Source: an uncultured Clostridia bacterium
GTDB lineage: Bacteria > Bacillota > Clostridia > Christensenellales > CAG-314
Length of the DNA: 64,000 nucleotides
Assembly: GCA_947630455.1 (NCBI GenBank)
Contig: CANRHP010000005.1
Coordinates: 7,536 to 71,535, forward strand
Direction of reading: 5' to 3'
Shown here: piece by piece, positions 9,659 to 18,880 of the stretch
Numbering within the stretch: position 1 is the stretch's first letter
How the letters are laid out: every line of letters starts with the position of its first letter
The notes under the pieces: model-generated
Databases searched by the model: none
What the model saw: only the letters and a program-made list of their open reading frames with translations
What the model was told of the DNA's origin: nothing
Translations under genes and position numbers: made by a program

Positions 9659-10984
9659 ATGAGTACTAAAGTTGGAGTGGTTTCACTCGGCTGCGACAAA
9701 AACCGAGTGGATACCGAGGTGATGTTGGCAAATTTGGTCGCCGGAGGGTATGAGATTGTTTCAGACCCTTCGCAGGCCGATGTAATAATAGTAAATACCT
9801 GTGCATTCCTTGAATCGGCACGCAAAGAGGCCATCGAAACAGTACTGGAAATGGCACGTTACAAATCGGCAAACTGCAAAAAAGTGATAGTGACGGGCTG
9901 TTTGGGACAAAAATTCGGTAACGAACTGTACAAAGAACTGATTGAAGCAGACGCTATTGTCGGAACATATGAGTACGCAGATATTTGTAATATCGTTGCG
10001 GAAACGCTGGGCGGATCCCGCAAGCTTTACAAAAATTGTGACAACGGGTTGACGTTTGGTTCTCGTATTCTGACTACGGCGCCGCATATAGCTTACCTGA
10101 AAGTTGCAGACGGATGCGACAACTTTTGTACATATTGTCTTATCCCGTACATTCGAGGCCGCTATCGTTCCGTTCCAATGGAAAAGCTTCTGCAACATGC
10201 GAACGAGCTTGCTGCACAGGGCGTAAAAGAACTCATTTTGGTGGCACAGGATACCACGCGTTACGGCAATGATTTGTACGGCAAACCAATGCTTACCGAA
10301 TTGGTTCGCGAGTTATCCAAGATCGAACAACTACACTGGATACGTCTTTTGTATTGCTATCCCGAATTGATAGATAAAGCGCTGATTGACGAGATTGTTT
10401 CAAATCCAAAAATTGTTAATTATGTGGACATTCCATTGCAGCATATCAACGATGCGATTCTGCGTAAGATGAACCGCCGTTCGGACGGACTATCCATAAG
10501 AACGCTGTTTGAGAAGCTTTCCGGCAATCATATTGCGATACGGTCTACTTTTATTTGCGGATTTCCAACAGAAACGGACGCTACAATTGCAGAATTAGAA
10601 GAATTTTTGAGGCAAAACAGACTTCGCAATGTCGGCTTTTTTGCGTATTCGCGCGAGGATGGAACTGCCGCCGCTAAATTTGACAACCAAGTCACAGAGC
10701 GCCAAAAACAGATGTATGTAAGACAACTGTACAAGACGCAAAAGGCTATTGCCGCGCGGCTCAATCGAGAAGATATAGGCAAAGTTTACGAATGTATGAT
10801 TGACGGCTATGAGTATTTTGACGGTAAATACTACTTCTACAAGGGACGAACTTATTTTATGACTCCCGAAATAGATGGAACTGTCATGATTTCCTCTGAA
10901 AAGCCGTTGACGGTGGGCAATTTTTATAATGTGCGGATAAATGGCGCACAGGATTACGATTTAAGCGGAGAAGCAGTAGAATGA
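9659..10984 (+). CDS. rimO: ribosomal protein S12 methylthiotransferase
   Basis: MTTase N-domain (VSLGCDKNRVDTE), radical-SAM CDNFCTYC and a TRAM-like C-terminus. Confidence 0.88.
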   Translation: MSTKVGVVSLGCDKNRVDTEVMLANLVAGGYEIVSDPSQADVIIVNTCAFLESARKEAIETVLEMARYKSANCKKVIVTGCLGQKFGNELYKELIEADAIVGTYEYADICNIVAETLGGSRKLYKNCDNGLTFGSRILTTAPHIAYLKVADGCDNFCTYCLIPYIRGRYRSVPMEKLLQHANELAAQGVKELILVAQDTTRYGNDLYGKPMLTELVRELSKIEQLHWIRLLYCYPELIDKALIDEIVSNPKIVNYVDIPLQHINDAILRKMNRRSDGLSIRTLFEKLSGNHIAIRSTFICGFPTETDATIAELEEFLRQNRLRNVGFFAYSREDGTAAAKFDNQVTERQKQMYVRQLYKTQKAIAARLNREDIGKVYECMIDGYEYFDGKYYFYKGRTYFMTPEIDGTVMISSEKPLTVGNFYNVRINGAQDYDLSGEAVE

Positions 10985-11634
10985 ACTTACCCAATAAACT
11001 TTCTACAATAAGGATCTGCATGGTTCCCGTTTTTGTTGCGGCATATTTTTTGCCCTATTGGTGGGGTGCGTTTGCAGCGGTGGGACTGTTTGCACTTGCC
11101 GCATTTACGGATTTTTTAGATGGACATATTGCCCGTAAATATAACATGGTTACGGATTTGGGCAAGCTTTTGGACCCAATTGCAGATAAAATACTTGTTT
11201 GCGCAGCCCTTTTCTGTGTGGTGGCAACAAATCCTTTGCAATTTGCGGATATACGTTTGGATGCGATTTCGCCGTCACAAAGCTATTGGGCACAGACCTT
11301 TGGCAGAATTTTTCTTGCCGTTGGAGGGATTGTCATTCTTGGGCGTGAGCTGTTGATATGCGCAGTTCGGATGATCGCCGCATCCAAGGGAGTTGTAGTT
11401 CAAGCCAACATATACGGCAAAATAAAGACGATCACACAGGATATCAGCTTGCCGATACTTGTGGCGTTAAACGCCACAACTCTTGTTGAAAGGGATCTCG
11501 TCTTTAATCATGCCTCACTGTATCTTACAGGGTGGTGGATCGGCGTAGTATTGTTCGGTTTATCCGTTATACTTACCGTGATGTCTTGCATAATTTATTT
11601 GATACAAAACAAAAAGGTTTTCGGAAGCAAATGA
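10981..11634 (+). CDS. pgsA: CDP-diacylglycerol--glycerol-3-phosphate 3-phosphatidyltransferase
   Basis: CDP-alcohol phosphotransferase motif DFLDGHIARK...G..LDPIADK. ATGA overlap with the rimO stop. Confidence 0.9.
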   Translation: MNLPNKLSTIRICMVPVFVAAYFLPYWWGAFAAVGLFALAAFTDFLDGHIARKYNMVTDLGKLLDPIADKILVCAALFCVVATNPLQFADIRLDAISPSQSYWAQTFGRIFLAVGGIVILGRELLICAVRMIAASKGVVVQANIYGKIKTITQDISLPILVALNATTLVERDLVFNHASLYLTGWWIGVVLFGLSVILTVMSCIIYLIQNKKVFGSK

Positions 11635-12791
11635 TAAAAATTTTAGCGACTCAATTAAGCCAGGCATTGGATTATCTACGCAACAGGCTGGATACGGAAA
11701 TGGCAGAGTATGACTTGTTTGTCTCAAAAAATCCGGAGTCATGCGCGCAGTATCTTAAAGAAGCGATAGGCTGTTCATCATTGGTTATGGTAGGTTTTGT
11801 AGGAGACAGCAGCGCATTGTTTGCAGATACGTTTGGCTTGGCAATGTTTTATGATAAATTTGCAGAGCGCAACGTAAAAGAATTCTGTAAATTATCCAAC
11901 ATTCCGTTGCCGCCTCAGCACATGATGGACAAGCTGTGTATTGCTCCCGAGTCTTTCAATCATTATGCTTCCTCATACGGCTGTCAATGCACATGCTACG
12001 GAGAATACAAAAAAACTCATGTCTATATGATCCCCGACGATGCACGTGAATGTGCGGTTGCTTTTGACAATTACCTTTCCAAGGATTTATTCCGTGACAA
12101 AACAAACGTTACCTGCCTCACATACAAGGTGTTCGGACTAAACAATTCGACTGTAAATGACCGTCTCTCTAAGCTGGGTAAATTTGTTTCACGAAAGTGT
12201 GAAACAATCAATCTCGACACCAAAATAGTATTATATTTTCCATCTAAAACTGCCAAAAGCGTAATAGAAGAGACAAGCGGCAGAATGAAGGAGCTGTTCG
12301 GAGATTTCATCTACGCTAAGTCAGATCAAACGCTTGCGAAAACGGTCGTGGATCTGCTTAATAGCTTGGATAAAAAACTTTCTGTAGCCGAATCTGTTAC
12401 TGGCGGTATGATCGCATCTTCAATTGTGGACGTAGCGGGCGCAAGCAATGTTTTATATGAGGGAGTCGTTACCTATTCTGTCTCTGCAAAATGCAGTCGT
12501 TTGGGGCTCAATCCTCATTTTATTGACGAATATGGCGTTGTTTCGCAGCAGGTTGCGCAAGAAATGGCAATTGGTTTACGGCAAAATGGAACAGATGTAG
12601 CCGTTTCCATAACAGGTTTTGCGGGACCTACAGCGGATGACGGATTACCTGTTGGCTTGTGTTACATAGGTGTAGCAACGGAAAAAGGTGTTTCCGTTTA
12701 TAGAAATGTCTTTTCCGGCGGACGCAACTCTATACGTGCACAGGCAACTAATATGGCGTTGTATCTTGTTTTTAAAACGCTTACAAAGTAA
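11631..12791 (+). CDS. cinA: CinA-family protein (clear PncC/CinA C-terminal domain, divergent N-terminal domain)
   Basis: C-terminal 160 aa are typical ([14 protein letters not shown]...ITGFAGP...VGLCYIG). I chose the ATG at 11631, which forms an ATGA overlap with the pgsA stop, instead of the track start at 11532. Sits upstream of recA as in Bacillus. Confidence 0.8.
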   Translation: MIKILATQLSQALDYLRNRLDTEMAEYDLFVSKNPESCAQYLKEAIGCSSLVMVGFVGDSSALFADTFGLAMFYDKFAERNVKEFCKLSNIPLPPQHMMDKLCIAPESFNHYASSYGCQCTCYGEYKKTHVYMIPDDARECAVAFDNYLSKDLFRDKTNVTCLTYKVFGLNNSTVNDRLSKLGKFVSRKCETINLDTKIVLYFPSKTAKSVIEETSGRMKELFGDFIYAKSDQTLAKTVVDLLNSLDKKLSVAESVTGGMIASSIVDVAGASNVLYEGVVTYSVSAKCSRLGLNPHFIDEYGVVSQQVAQEMAIGLRQNGTDVAVSITGFAGPTADDGLPVGLCYIGVATEKGVSVYRNVFSGGRNSIRAQATNMALYLVFKTLTK

Positions 12792-12810
12792 TTTAATAAG
12801 GAGAAATATT

Positions 12811-13824
12811 ATGACAGACGACAAGAAAAAAGCACTTGAGCAAACTATAATGCAAATCGAAAAGGAATTCGGAAAGGGTTCGATCATGAAGCTGGGTAGT
12901 TATGCCGCGTCGCGTAACATTGAGGTTATTCCCACAGGGTGTTTGCCCTTGGATATCGCGTTGGGTGTCGGCGGACTTCCCCGTGGACGCATAATAGAAA
13001 TTTACGGTCCCGAAGCTTCAGGCAAAACAACGGTAACCCTGCATGTCATTGCTCAGGTTCAAAAAATGGGCGGTACTGCTGCGTTTATTGACGCCGAGCA
13101 AGCATTGGATCCTGTGTATGCGGCAAATTTAGGTATCAATCTCGACGATTTGTATATTTCACAACCGGACAGTGGCGAACAAGCATTGGAAATACTTGAT
13201 TACCTCGTTCGCAGCAACGCTATTGATCTTGTTGTTGTAGACTCTGTCGCTGCGCTTACTCCTCGTGCCGAGCTTGAAGGCGAAATGGGCGATAGTCATA
13301 TGGGCGTTCAGGCGCGTTTGATGTCACAGGCGTTACGTAAAATAGTAGCAGTGGGAAACAAGTCAAACACCTGTATTATATTTATCAACCAATTGCGCGA
13401 CAAAATAGGTGTAATGTTTGGCAATCCCGAAACAACAACGGGAGGAAAAGCACTTAAGTTCTATTCGAGTGTACGTTTGGATGTTCGCAGAACGGATACG
13501 GTTAAAGACGGTTCCGAAATCGTCGGAAACAAGACAAAGGTAAAAGTTGTCAAAAACAAAGTGGCGCCTCCTTTCAAGACGGCGGAGTTTGAAATTATTT
13601 TTGGCAAAGGTATCAGTAATGCAGGCTGCATACTCGATTTAGCCGTGGCTAACGGTTATATTGACAAAAGTGGTTCATGGTTCAGTTACAACGGTGAACG
13701 CATTGGACAAGGAAGAGAAAATGCAAAAGCATATCTTGAGCAGCATCCGGAAATTATGGATTCACTCTCTGACACTATCAAACAAAAGCTTCTTCCGACA
13801 GCAGCAGAAGCCGATGCAGAATAA
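12811..13824 (+). CDS. recA: recombinase RecA
   Basis: Start at [11 protein letters not shown] behind AAGGAGA. Walker [10 protein letters not shown]. The track's 5' extension overlaps cinA and was trimmed. Confidence 0.97.
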   Translation: MTDDKKKALEQTIMQIEKEFGKGSIMKLGSYAASRNIEVIPTGCLPLDIALGVGGLPRGRIIEIYGPEASGKTTVTLHVIAQVQKMGGTAAFIDAEQALDPVYAANLGINLDDLYISQPDSGEQALEILDYLVRSNAIDLVVVDSVAALTPRAELEGEMGDSHMGVQARLMSQALRKIVAVGNKSNTCIIFINQLRDKIGVMFGNPETTTGGKALKFYSSVRLDVRRTDTVKDGSEIVGNKTKVKVVKNKVAPPFKTAEFEIIFGKGISNAGCILDLAVANGYIDKSGSWFSYNGERIGQGRENAKAYLEQHPEIMDSLSDTIKQKLLPTAAEADAE

Positions 13825-13953
13825 AAATATCGTTAATTTATTATTTCAAGCCTCGATCGTATATTGCGGTCGGGGTTTAATTATTATTTTGATAAAAGGA
13901 ACAGCCTTGTTAATCATACATTTTAATTTTAATAATATAAATACTTTTTAAGC

Positions 13954-13972
13954 TACTATTTTTGACATAGTA
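13954..13972 (+). repeat. palindromic motif copy A (TACTAT TTTTGAC ATAGTA)
   Basis: Read directly from the sequence. Same architecture as 20268-20286 and 63828-63846. Confidence 0.7.
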
Positions 13973-14098
13973 TTTTTTATAATTACATTTTGCGAAATAC
14001 TAAAGTGATTTCTGCATTATTCTTTTTGTTTTTAGTATATAACTACCTATAAAATATGCAATAGAAAAGTTATTTTTATTTATTATAGAAAATATATC

Positions 14099-14127
14099 TT
14101 GACATATCCGCTTAAAATGGTTAAAAT
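14099..14127 (+). promoter_or_regulatory. sigmaA-type promoter for rny
   Basis: TTGACA, 17 nt spacer, TAAAAT. Confidence 0.55.
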
Positions 14128-14184
14128 ATTATAAGTGAAGTTTGATGTAATCAATTCACTATTGAAATTATAGGAGGAATAAAT

Positions 14185-15795
14185 ATGCATTCTATGCTTA
14201 AATTCTTCCTTGCCGAAAGTACTATTCCTTCTTGGGTTTGGTTTGTTCTGCCTATCATCGCCGTTGTATTTGTCGGCGTTGGTGTAGCAGCGGGAATCTG
14301 CATATATAGAAGATATAGAAATCGCAAAATTGGCTCGACTCAAGCGCAAGCCGATTCTATTTTGAATTTTGCTCGCGAAGAAGCCAAAGCATTGAAAAAT
14401 GAAGCCATAAAAGAGGCAAGAGAAGAAAGTCAACGACAAAGAAATGAGGCGGAACGTCAGTTTAAAGAGCGTAGCGGTGAGCTTGCCAAACAAGAAAGCC
14501 GCATGAGTCAAAAAGAAGAAGCACTTGACAAAAAAGAGGAAATGCTTCTTCAAAAACTCGATCAAATTGATGTTCAACAAAAGCAGCTAATTGCCAGACA
14601 AAACGAGCTGAGCGCTCGTGCACAGGACCTTGACAAATCGGAAGAAAAGATTCAACGCGAATTGGAGCGTGTAGCGGGACTTACAAGAGACGAGGCAAAA
14701 CAGATACTTGTTGACGGTATGGTCTCAGACGCGCGCAAGGACGCCGCCGGATTAGTCCGGAAGATAGAATCGGAGGCAAAACAAAACGGCGAACAAAAAG
14801 CACGCGAAATCATTGCCACGGCTATTCAACGTTGTTCAAGCGATCAAGTCAGCGAAATGACGGTTACTACCGTGCCCCTTCCCAACGATGAAATGAAGGG
14901 ACGTTTGATTGGACGTGAGGGGCGAAATATTCGTGCTTTGGAAAATGCAACCGGAGTAGAACTTATCATTGACGACACGCCCGAAGTTGTTATTCTTTCG
15001 GGGTTTGATCCTGTTCGCAGACAGATTGCACGCATAACTATTGAAAAACTGATTTCCGACGGTCGTATTCATCCCGCTCGAATTGAAGAAATGGTGGAGA
15101 AGGTCAAACGCGACATGGATATCACCATCAAGGACGAAGGTGAAGCCGCTTCCTTTGATACAGGAGTGTTCGGTTTACATCCGGAGCTGATTAAGCTACT
15201 CGGTCGTCTAAAATTTCGCACCAGCTACGGGCAAAATGTTCTGCGACATTCAATAGAAGTCAGCTATCTTGCGGGCATAATGGCTTCAGAGTTGGGATTG
15301 GATGTTGCTCTTGCCAAGCGCGGCGCACTGCTTCACGACATTGGTAAAGCGGTGGATCAGGAAGTGGAAGGTACTCATATGCAGATCGGCGCCGATCTTG
15401 CAAAAAAATACAAAGAGAGCAAAGAGGTTGTCAACTGTATTGCATCTCACCATGGTGATGTGGAGCCTATGACTGTTGAAGCCGTGATAGTTGCAGCGGC
15501 CGACGCAATAAGCGGTGCACGTCCCGGTGCTCGTAGAGAGTCACTCGAAAATTACGTCAAGCGCCTTGAAAAACTTGAAGAAATTGCAAACTCATTCAAA
15601 GGAGTGCAAAAATCGTACGCTGTGCAAGCCGGACGGGAAATTCGTATCATAGTAAAACCTGAAGAAATAAACGACGAAACAACGGTATTGTTGGCAAACG
15701 ATATCGCCCGTCGTATTGAAAGCGAGCTTGAGTATCCCGGTCAAATCAAAGTAAACGTTATTCGCGAAACACGCAGTATTGATTACGCAAAATAA
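14185..15795 (+). CDS. rny: ribonuclease Y
   Basis: N-terminal TM, coiled-coil, KH ([11 protein letters not shown]) and HD domain (HSIEV...LLHDIGK). AGGAGGA SD. Confidence 0.95.
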   Translation: MHSMLKFFLAESTIPSWVWFVLPIIAVVFVGVGVAAGICIYRRYRNRKIGSTQAQADSILNFAREEAKALKNEAIKEAREESQRQRNEAERQFKERSGELAKQESRMSQKEEALDKKEEMLLQKLDQIDVQQKQLIARQNELSARAQDLDKSEEKIQRELERVAGLTRDEAKQILVDGMVSDARKDAAGLVRKIESEAKQNGEQKAREIIATAIQRCSSDQVSEMTVTTVPLPNDEMKGRLIGREGRNIRALENATGVELIIDDTPEVVILSGFDPVRRQIARITIEKLISDGRIHPARIEEMVEKVKRDMDITIKDEGEAASFDTGVFGLHPELIKLLGRLKFRTSYGQNVLRHSIEVSYLAGIMASELGLDVALAKRGALLHDIGKAVDQEVEGTHMQIGADLAKKYKESKEVVNCIASHHGDVEPMTVEAVIVAAADAISGARPGARRESLENYVKRLEKLEEIANSFKGVQKSYAVQAGREIRIIVKPEEINDETTVLLANDIARRIESELEYPGQIKVNVIRETRSIDYAK

Positions 15796-15836
15796 TGTAA
15801 AAATAGTATTTAATCAAATTTGCGCCAAATGTAAAA

Positions 15837-15862
15837 AAGAGGGGGTAATTTTACTCCCTCTT
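15837..15862. terminator. terminator between the convergent genes rny and rnhA
   Basis: AAGAGGG ... CCCTCTT stem flanked by an A-run and a T-run. Confidence 0.6.
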
Positions 15863-15877
15863 TAATTATATTTGTTT

Positions 15878-16342
15878 TTATTTTGGTTTGTTTTCCTCTA
15901 TTATTTTTTTGTAGCGGTCAACCTCGCCGCGTGCAAGCTCGTCGCAACGTTCATTAAGTTCCACATCTGCATGTCCCTTAACTTTTACAAACTGTGTTTT
16001 ATGTTTATTAACCTCATATAAAAGTGCCTTCCACAGGTCTTGATTTTTGACCTCATTTTTGCCTGCAGTTTTCCATCCTGCCTTTTGCCAAGCAGTCAAC
16101 CACCCTTTGTTAAATGCGTCTGCAATGTACTGCGAATCGGTACAAATATCAACGTCGCAGCGCTGATTAAGACAGCGAAGCCCCTGAATAACAGCAAATA
16201 ATTCCATACGATTATTGGTAGTGCTTTTATCGTAACCGCTTATTTCCTTTTGAACTCCGTTGTATGTGAGCACAGCTGCCCAACCGCCTATTCCAGGGTT
16301 TCCGGAGCATGCCCCGTCAGTGTAAATCGTAACTTTCTTCAT
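15878..16342 (-). CDS. rnhA: ribonuclease HI
   Basis: IYTDGACSGNPGIGGWA ... NNRMEL ... TDSQY ... VKGHADVELNERCDELA. ATG at 16342 preferred, but the TTG at 16351 is possible. Confidence 0.9.
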   Translation of the reverse strand: MKKVTIYTDGACSGNPGIGGWAAVLTYNGVQKEISGYDKSTTNNRMELFAVIQGLRCLNQRCDVDICTDSQYIADAFNKGWLTAWQKAGWKTAGKNEVKNQDLWKALLYEVNKHKTQFVKVKGHADVELNERCDELARGEVDRYKKIIEENKPK

Positions 16343-16370
16343 AAAATCCAAACAATTTTTGCCGTTTCAA

Positions 16371-16399
16371 TTGACATTAAAGTTCCTTTACATTATAAT
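16371..16399 (+). promoter_or_regulatory. consensus sigmaA promoter for tRNA-Trp
   Basis: TTGACA, 17 nt spacer, TATAAT (perfect hexamers), about 45 nt upstream of the tRNA. Confidence 0.7.
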
Positions 16400-16443
16400 A
16401 GAAAAGTACCCAATCTTGCAAACGTTTTGCAGTAAATATTTTT

Positions 16444-16518
16444 AGGGGAGTGGCTCAACGGTAGAGCAGCGGTCTCCAAAACCGCCGGTTGCGTGTTCGA
16501 ATCGCGTCTCCCCTGCCA
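16444..16518 (+). tRNA. trnW: tRNA-Trp (anticodon CCA), with CCA encoded
   Basis: Cloverleaf folded by hand: acceptor AGGGGAG/CTCCCCT, D arm GCTC-AACGGTA-GAGC, anticodon arm GCGGT-CTCCAAA-ACCGC, T arm GCGTG-TTCGAAT-CGCGT. 75 nt. Confidence 0.92.
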
Positions 16519-16567
16519 AAGCACGTTAATTGACGTGCTTTTATTTTGTGCGAAAATAGTGCAGAAC
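16510..16567 (+). repeat. direct repeat, left copy (tRNA-Trp 3' end plus terminator plus 20 nt)
   Basis: 55/58 identical to 18733-18790, aligned by hand. Identity ends abruptly on both sides. Confidence 0.85.
16519..16547 (+). terminator. tRNA-Trp terminator
   Basis: AGCACGT TAATTG ACGTGCT followed by TTTATTTT. Confidence 0.75.
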
Positions 16568-16687
16568 CACAGCCTCGGTTGACTAAATGCTGCCCCAATT
16601 GAGCCGATTTTTTTTCGTTTGTACTTGCACATATTAGATGAACATGCTAAAATAATATACAGCAAGCACTTTTGGAGGGTAATAGAT

Positions 16688-17830
16688 ATGCTCTTATTAG
16701 AGGGAAAAAAACAATACATTAGATGCAATATTTTGTTAAAGATCAAGCAATTATTTTTTTTGATATACTGCTTTATAGTTAGCATAATATTAAGCATTGC
16801 GTTTGCAATTACGAACTTTAATAATGGTGTGTGTATTTCTTTATTTTTTGCAATAGCCATATTAATAAGTGTAATGATTATGGTTTTTAATGTCAAATCA
16901 ACTTCGGAAAAATTATGGTGTAAAGCTTTTGGACAAATTACACATTTTAGCACGTTTATAGAGGTTGACAACGAGCGTATCAGTATTAAAAGAGAGGGGT
17001 TCGACCATTTAATTATCAAACAATTGTCGAATATTACAAGAATTGAAAAATTCGGTGCGGCTATTTTAATTATGTTTTCCGACCAAACGTCTGTGGTTTT
17101 ATCACGGAAAACCGAAGTGGAAGATTTCGAAGATTTTTTGGAGAAAGAACCAATTAAGAGCAAAATATCTTTAAGTCATAAATCTTTTATCAATAAAATG
17201 TTGATTCTGATGAGTGCTTGCACACTTTTTATTGCTTTTATACTCAGTTATGCTATTAGCGAAGCTTTTATATTGGGAAGCGTGGCATGGGTGCAGTATT
17301 CGTACATTATGTATTTTTTTGAAATAATTCCTTTAATAATATTTGTTATTGCTATAATTTTAAAAAGTAAAAGGTGCGCAGTCGTTGCCATTGCCATAAT
17401 TGGTTTTATAGCATTATTGGGATCTTTTAGATTTTTCTTTAATTCTCAAATTGATTATGATGTGTCAAGATTGAATAATCTGGAATACAGAATCAACTAT
17501 GAACTGCCGGAAGCAGATAGGATGATTACAATGGACCGCACCTATTTCTCCGAGAGCATCGGTAAATTTCAAAGCGATGCGATCGTGGATTTTGAAAAAG
17601 CAATTACAAATAGCACTAATTGGTTAAATGAATTGAATTTAAATACAGACAACAATGTGGATTATGCGGTATTAAATAAATTAAAACATTATGATTGTTT
17701 TTTATTGTATGACGAAGTTGGACAATTTTATTATGGGCAAATGGATAATATTGATTGGTACAACTGCATTTTGTTGGCATACAGATTGGACACTCATTCG
17801 TTTGTAATTCTTTACGATTTCAAAAGTTAA
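16688..17830 (+). CDS. hypothetical multi-pass membrane protein
   Basis: Start chosen at the ATG behind GGAGGG (the track start is 16619). Two TM, a soluble segment of about 90 aa, about four TM, then a soluble C-terminal domain of about 130 aa. I recognise no family. Confidence 0.6.
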   Translation: MLLLEGKKQYIRCNILLKIKQLFFLIYCFIVSIILSIAFAITNFNNGVCISLFFAIAILISVMIMVFNVKSTSEKLWCKAFGQITHFSTFIEVDNERISIKREGFDHLIIKQLSNITRIEKFGAAILIMFSDQTSVVLSRKTEVEDFEDFLEKEPIKSKISLSHKSFINKMLILMSACTLFIAFILSYAISEAFILGSVAWVQYSYIMYFFEIIPLIIFVIAIILKSKRCAVVAIAIIGFIALLGSFRFFFNSQIDYDVSRLNNLEYRINYELPEADRMITMDRTYFSESIGKFQSDAIVDFEKAITNSTNWLNELNLNTDNNVDYAVLNKLKHYDCFLLYDEVGQFYYGQMDNIDWYNCILLAYRLDTHSFVILYDFKS

Positions 17831-18003
17831 ATAAAATACATGCGTTGGGTAATCATATGATTATCTCAATGGCATAGGAGCTTTTGATTGTGGGAGTAAA
17901 GTATCTACGGTAATTGATAGAATTGAATGCGAGTTAGATATTTGATTGTAAAAAGATGTTTTTGTTAAAACATATTTGTTCTTATTAGCAGTAGCTTGGA
18001 GAG

Positions 18004-18030
18004 CTCCCAATCTATTTGGGAGTTTTCTTT
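18004..18030 (+). terminator. intrinsic terminator inside the islet
   Basis: CTCCCAA TCTAT TTGGGAG followed by TTTTCTTT. Confidence 0.55.
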
Positions 18031-18088
18031 AACCCAAAGATGGGGCTGATGGTATAATAAATCACTCTTATTAAAATCGGAGGAGAAA

Positions 18089-18502
18089 ATGATATCGTTT
18101 AAAGGTGAGTTGTCGAATGAAACCAAAGCATTTGTAAGAAAAAAGCATATCAAGGCCGCAATCATTCTATCTGTTATAGGAAGCGTGATTTTTGCCATAC
18201 CGGTAATATTGTTTGGAATATTTTGGGATCCGTTGGCTTATCTCTTTTTGATTGTGGTGACAGGCATTCCTGTTCTTACTTTTGCTGGTTGGGTTGTAGA
18301 ACTAACTTACTTGACTCAAATTGCTTTTGAAAATGGTAAGTTTTATACCTATTTCGCAAAGAAAAATACCGCACAACAAGTATATGGCGATGCACGGGAA
18401 GTGGCAGATGTCAAATCTGTGATAGATTACGGTGAATTTTACTACTTAGAAATTTATGCAAAAGTTTCAGCCTACGTTTGCCAAAAAGACTTATTGGCGT
18501 AA
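18089..18502 (+). CDS. hypothetical small membrane protein (two TM plus a soluble tail)
   Basis: GGAGGAG SD and an extended -10 (TGGTATAAT) upstream. The frame continues for 19 plausible codons after the TAA. Confidence 0.6.
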   Translation: MISFKGELSNETKAFVRKKHIKAAIILSVIGSVIFAIPVILFGIFWDPLAYLFLIVVTGIPVLTFAGWVVELTYLTQIAFENGKFYTYFAKKNTAQQVYGDAREVADVKSVIDYGEFYYLEIYAKVSAYVCQKDLLA

Positions 18503-18732
18503 GGCTCTATTGAGGAATTTGAACAAATGTTCGCCGACAGATTGGTCCGCAAGGAATTGTAATATAATTTTTTCAATGAGCAATTGAGATGAACCTAAAA
18601 AATCGGACAACATCAAATTACTAAATTTTTTGTGTGAGTTTTGTATTATAAGCGTTTTTCTTGTTATTTCAATATGCCACGTGAAGAATAAAAACAAGCG
18701 GCAACCGACTTGTGTAATTTATACAAATAGTG

Positions 18733-18790
18733 CCCCTGCCAAAGCACGTTAACTGACGTGCGTTTATTTTGTGCGAAAATAGTGCAAAAC
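18733..18790 (+). repeat. direct repeat, right copy
   Basis: See 16510-16567. Retains CCCCTGCCA and the terminator hairpin, but there is no tRNA body upstream. Confidence 0.85.
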
Positions 18791-18799
18791 GCGCAACGT

Positions 18800-18840
18800 C
18801 AAAATATAAGGAGTCGTCTTGCGACAACTCCGACAACTCC
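18800..18840 (-). terminator. terminator of the PadR-like gene
   Basis: On the - strand GGAGUUGUC/GACGACUCC forms a 9-bp stem (one G-U pair) followed by UUAUAUUUU. The right arm lies in a tandem 9-mer CGACAACTC x2. Confidence 0.5.
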
Positions 18841-18880
18841 TTTTTTCTTTTGTACATTTTCCGTTTATCTTTGGTAAATG

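Larger units (their letters stand above)
16510..18790 (+). mobile_element. putative degenerate integrated islet at tRNA-Trp (no integrase retained)
   Basis: Flanked by the 58-bp direct repeats. The interior is visibly more AT-rich than the flanks and holds only two orphan membrane-protein genes with their own promoter-like and terminator signals. Confidence 0.35.

Noticed and set aside
12500-12810. LexA box upstream of recA (best hit GAACAGATGTAG at about 12589).
   Set aside because: Only one half-site matches and it lies inside the cinA coding sequence. Not convincing.
15796-16443. Strand switch at about 15.8 kb (+ genes converge on - genes), considered as a possible replication terminus.
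   Set aside because: Convergence of two gene blocks alone is not evidence. No dif-like site was found nearby, and GC skew cannot be evaluated reliably by eye in one window.
16393-17163. 256-aa ORF on the - strand spanning the tRNA-Trp region.
   Set aside because: It runs antisense through the tRNA gene, its promoter and terminator, and the opposite-strand membrane-protein gene. Low-complexity AT-rich translation.
17851-17864. 14-bp perfect palindrome TAATCATATGATTA after the first islet gene.
   Set aside because: Short, AT-rich and single-copy, with no T-run. It could be chance.
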